Shown here: piece by piece, positions 59,494-64,000 of the stretch
Layout of the letters: every line of letters begins with the position of its first letter
Numbering within the stretch: position 1 is the first letter of the stretch
Assembly: GCA_964016885.1 (NCBI GenBank)
Contig: OZ024743.1
Coordinates: 361,212,001-361,276,000, forward strand
Direction of reading: 5' to 3'
Origin: Eledone cirrhosa
Lineage: Eukaryota
DNA length: 64,000 nt
The notes under the pieces: generated by a model
The model's input: only the letters and a program-made list of their open reading frames with translations
Database searches by the model: none
What the model was told of the DNA's origin: nothing
Made by a program: the position numbers and the translations under genes

Positions 59494-62397
59494 GATGGCT
59501 CCCTTCTGTCTCGATAGACAATGGATTGCGCCAAGGGGGGGGGTAGTTTGATGATAAGCAGCGTCTGCTGTGACTGAACAGCACAATTCTGGAGTGGCAG
59601 TCTTTGGCACAGTTGCTGAACGTGAAGGTCGATGGGTACGCCTGGGTTGTTGCTGCAGGGGCCTTCCTCTCGTCTCGCCTGTTTGACCACAGCAGCGTCC
59701 TCCTTTCCTCACCCGGGGAAACGCCTTTCTTCACTGTCCGATGCCAGGCAGAGCGGTCAGCTGCTGTCTCCTCCCAGGTGTCCACACCGATGTCCGTAGT
59801 CCTCAGGTCGCGTTTGCACACATCTCTGTATCGCAGCTGTGGACGTCCTATGGATCGGGATCCTGTGGTGAGCTCACCGTACAAGATGTCTGTAGGAATG
59901 CCACCGTCTGCATGCGGCGGACGGGCCCGAGCCAGAGCAGTCGCCTCTGCTTGAGGAGGGTGTACATGCTTGGCATATTTGTCTGGTTTAAGACGTCTAC
60001 GTTTGGTACACGGTCCTTCCAGGAGATGCCAAGGATCCGTCGAAGACACCGCATGTGAAAGCTGTTGAGCGGCGTTCTTGTCGGACGTACAGTGTCCAGC
60101 TCTCGCTGCCGTAGAGTAGGGTGCTCAGTACGCAGGCTCGGTACACTGCGATCTTGGTGGTTATAGTGAGCATGTTGTTTTCCCACACTCTCCTGGCGAG
60201 CTTAGCCAAGGCAGCAGCAGCTTTACCGATCCGCCTGTTCAGCTCCGGATCGAGAGACAGGTTGCGAGCGACTGTCGATCCCAGGTAAGTGAACTCATTC
60301 ACCACTTGCAAGCCGTGGAGGCCGACACTGGTGCAGGGGATCTCTCCGACATCCTGGCCCATGATCTCCGTCTTTTTCAGGCTGATGGTAAGCCCGAACT
60401 CTTGGCAAGCGAGTGCCAGGGAGCTGACCAACCTCTGGAGACCTGGCTGGGTCTGGGATGTTAGGGCGGCATCGTCAGCAAAAAGGATCTCCCTGATCAG
60501 CACCTGCCGTACTCTGGTCTTGGCCCTGAGGCGCGTGAGGTTTAATAGCCCTGGTGTGGAGGAACACTCCGTCGTCGGATTTCCTGAAGGCATAGGACAG
60601 GACAAGGGAGAAGACAATTCCGAAGAGCGTCGGCGCCAGGAACAACCCTGTTTCACTCCACTCTGGATGGGAAACGGCTCTGAGGGTGATGCGTCAAACT
60701 GCACCGTCCCCTGCATACCGTCGTCAAAAGATTGATGAGTTTCAGCAGTTTTGGAGGGCAACCGTTCCTCCCCAGAAGCGCCCTCCCCCGCTGACTGAGT
60801 CGAAAGCCTTGGCCAGGTCGACAAAAGCCACATAGAGGGGCTGCCTCTGCTCTCGACGCTTCTCTTGAAGCTGTCTGAGTGAGAAGATCATGTCGATTGT
60901 CGACCTCTCCGCCCTAAAGCCGCACTGGGACTCGGGGTACACACGCTCTGCAAGTATTTGCAACCTCTTCAGGACCACCCTGGCGAATGCCTTACCGATG
61001 GTGCTGAGCAGGGATGTGTCTCTGTAGTTGTTGCAATCGCTTCTGTCCCTTTTGTTTTTATATAGCGTGACAATGTTTGCATCTCGCATGTCCTTGGGGA
61101 CAGAGCTCTCCTCCCAGCACTGGCAGAGCAGCTCGTGGAGGTGGCCCAGAAGGGCTGCCTTCCCACACTGGATGACTTCCGCAGGGATGCCGTCTTGGTC
61201 TGGTGCTTTGCTCCGAGCGAGTGAGTCGATAGCTCTGCTCAGTTCCTCCTTTGTCGGGGGCAGGACAAGCTCCTCCATGAGAGGCAAAGCAGAAATGCCA
61301 GCGAGTGCAGACTTGGTGACCACATTCTCAGTGGAGTAGAGGTTCTGGTAATGCTAGGCCCACCTCTCCATCTGCCTTGCTCGGTCTTTGATGACTTCGC
61401 CATCCTTGGACTTCAGTGGAGTGATCTTGCTGGCAGTGGGCCCGAATGCTTTTTTCATCCCCTCGTACATCCCTTGCACGTTACCACTGTCAGCACAGGA
61501 CTGGATGTTCTGGCATAGGTTCTGCCAGTATGTGTTGGCGCATCGTCTGGCCGTCCTTTGGGCGTTGCTTCAGGCTCTTCTCAGAGTAGCCAGGTTCTTG
61601 TCCGATGAGTCGCGCTTATAGTTGACTAGTGCTTCCCTCTTGGCAGCAATAACAGGCTCCATCTCAGGCAGGTGAGCTTCAAACCAGTCTTGGTTTTTCC
61701 GCTCCTTCTTTCCCAGGGATAACATGGCTATTCTCCAAGTGGTGTTACGGATGAGCTGCCACCTCTCCTCGATGTGGCTGCGTGCTCTTTAAGGGCCTCC
61801 TCCATGCAGTAGGTGAATTCTGAGCGAAGCTCTGGGTTGGTTGCCCTGGCGGCGTTGAAGCGTGGGCGGCTTTTCCCTCCAGTGTGGTGAATCTTCTTTG
61901 GCGCCAGTCGGACCCTGCTGTACACCAGGGAATGGTCTGTATCACAGTCAGCACTGTGGAAGCTGCGCGTGAGAAGCACACTGCCGAGGTGGGCTCGCCT
62001 GGCGATGATCATATCTAGCTGGTGCCTGGCGTTGTGGCTTAGTCCTGAAGAATGTGTTGGAAATGCAGAGTTTCCGGTAAGAGCAAAGCTCTAACAATCT
62101 CTGGCCATTTTCATTCATCTTTCCTACGTCGCAGCGTCCAAGGCAATCTGGCCATGTCCTAAGGTCGGATCCCACCCTTGCGTTGAAATCGCCCAGCAGG
62201 AAGACGGGCTCCGACCCTAGTATCTGGTTGATGGTGGCGTCGAGCTCCTCATAGAACCGGTCTTTTATTTCTTGAGGAGAGCAGAGTCTTGGGGCATAAA
62301 CGCTAACTATGTTTACCTCCCCCGATGATGTTGAAAGGCTAACAGATAGGACGCGCTCCGACCCATTTGAGGGAGGGACTATCATGGGGAGTAGCCG
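59494..62397 (-). mobile_element. RTE (BovB-like) LINE, nearly full ORF, frameshifted
   Basis: VSVYAP, LLGDFNARVG, DTDH, KAPDQDGIPAE, ESQCGFR, GVKQGC, LFADD, FTYLGS, LLYGSE, LYGEL, C-terminal CAKDCHSR..L.SH; (TA)n at both ends. Confidence 0.95.
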
Positions 62398-62430
<33 letters not shown>

Positions 62431-62675
62431 ATACTTTTGGAGGGTCATGTTGCCAATAAGAAACATACACACCAGTTGCTTTCACTCTTATATATATATA
62501 TATTTTCCCAATCTCATACATCAATCTTAATTTATTTTTCATATGTTGATTTGAAACTTCACTATTCACAAGTGTTTTTTAAGCTTCATATCATATCTCC
62601 CTATTTTATCTGATGAGAACGCAGATATCATCCCATAATAAAATTCTTGGAACTCTTTTAACCATCTTTTGATCT

Positions 62676-62750
<75 letters not shown>

Positions 62751-62937
62751 CACTCACGCACGCAAACGCTCAAACGCACGCAAACTCACGCACGCACGTG
62801 TGCACATACACAGACATGTTAATAGATTTAACTCTTACTGCAACGCTGCACGAACACACACACGCGCGCGCACACATGATAATTAGTTATAGCTTTGCTT
62901 CCCCTCTTCCACTGTTATGTATCAAACACACCGTCTG

Positions 62938-62973
<36 letters not shown>

Positions 62974-63833
62974 GCTATCCCCCTCTTTTAGTCCGTCTGT
63001 TTCTTTCACTCTCCCTCTTTCTTTTTCATTTTATAGATATAGAGATTTTTTTCTGTGCAAAGTCGTACCCATAGTCAACTTTATCGATTATTTACCTGGA
63101 CGAAGCGGGAGTCGATCATTCGCAATGTCGTGCCGACCTGCCCTGATACATTTGTGGTTGATTACAAAAAACATTTTGAAAAACGGCCTTGCGGATCAAA
63201 GGTTGCTGCGGAACAGACACACACACAGACAGGCAGACATTTTCATTTTTATAAATATAGATATATGGCAATGAGTCCTTACGTCATGTGTACAACTTTA
63301 CTTGTGATAATATTGAAGTATAACAAAAAGTGAGATAATGACTAATCTTCATTTATCAACTACTATATTAGCGAAACTGGTGAAGTAGTAGAACTTCTAG
63401 AATCCTGGCTATTTGAGAATTTATTTATGTCCCAGTACATTATGAATTCAATTCCCTTTAGACCGAAGTTGACAATCATTTTTCTATGTTCGGTGCGCCG
63501 ACTTATCAATAAAATAGTATTTCCCGAGGAATTTATTCCATTATAAATGGAGTTAACAATTCTTTACTCAAGTTAATATTATAGTAGTGCGGTTAACGAT
63601 ACTGATTATTAATATAGGCATTAACCCTGAATAACGGGGAAGGGATCAAACTCGAACTTGACTGGCATTATATTTTATCGACGCAAGAAATTTGGATTTA
63701 AAGGCAAATTTAACACTATAAATTATAACCTAAAAAGATGTTACTAAATCCTACTACGTATTTTGTGAAATATTTCTCCTACCATTCATGTCATTGCCTG
63801 GCTTTGGCTGATATCAATTGGCTTAATGCCGTA

Positions 63834-63893
63834 TAAATATTTGTAAATATTAGTAAATATTTGTAAATATTAGTAAATATTTGTAAATATTAG
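63834..63893. repeat. 10/20-bp tandem repeat (TTGTAAATAT/TAGTAAATAT)
   Basis: Direct reading; about 6 alternating units. Confidence 0.85.
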
Positions 63894-64000
63894 TACTAGT
63901 CACGTATAGGCTCGATTTAATTGATTAACTTCGGTTCTTATATTTCTGGCCTTGGGCCTTGTGGTAAGTAACTCTCATGAGAGCTTGAGAGAAGGAAGTC

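Noticed and set aside
62604-62660. TTTATCTGATGAG similar to other HHR starts
   Set aside because: GAAA half and stems not recognisable; at most a dead remnant.

Overview
AT-rich eukaryotic (animal) DNA with no convincing host protein-coding gene. The tRNA-like SINE family and the extreme (TA)n/(CA)n load suggest an octopus/cephalopod genome (inference). Most of the window is microsatellites plus decayed transposons: RTE, CR1, Tx1/L1, R4/Dong-like and CRE-like LINE fragments, two Penelope (GIY-YIG) remnants, Helitrons, a Helentron/HINE-like element, a deleted mariner and many SINEs. The main signal is a dense set of type I hammerhead ribozyme (HHR) motifs. Three non-coding tandem-plus-inverted arrays (about 520, 525 and 317 bp monomers) carry one HHR per monomer and sit in (TA)n tracts. 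Two of these arrays are diverged homologues with compensatory stem changes, and several HHRs have non-canonical cores (U3-A8, C4, CCGUCGA, mismatched 10.1/11.1). They look like retrozyme-like, Penelope-mobilised RNAs that could yield circular RNAs. A second notable structure is a 2.3 kb Helentron-like element carrying two divergent small ORFs with a shared upstream motif. All family calls come from reading motifs by eye; no searches or folding were run.
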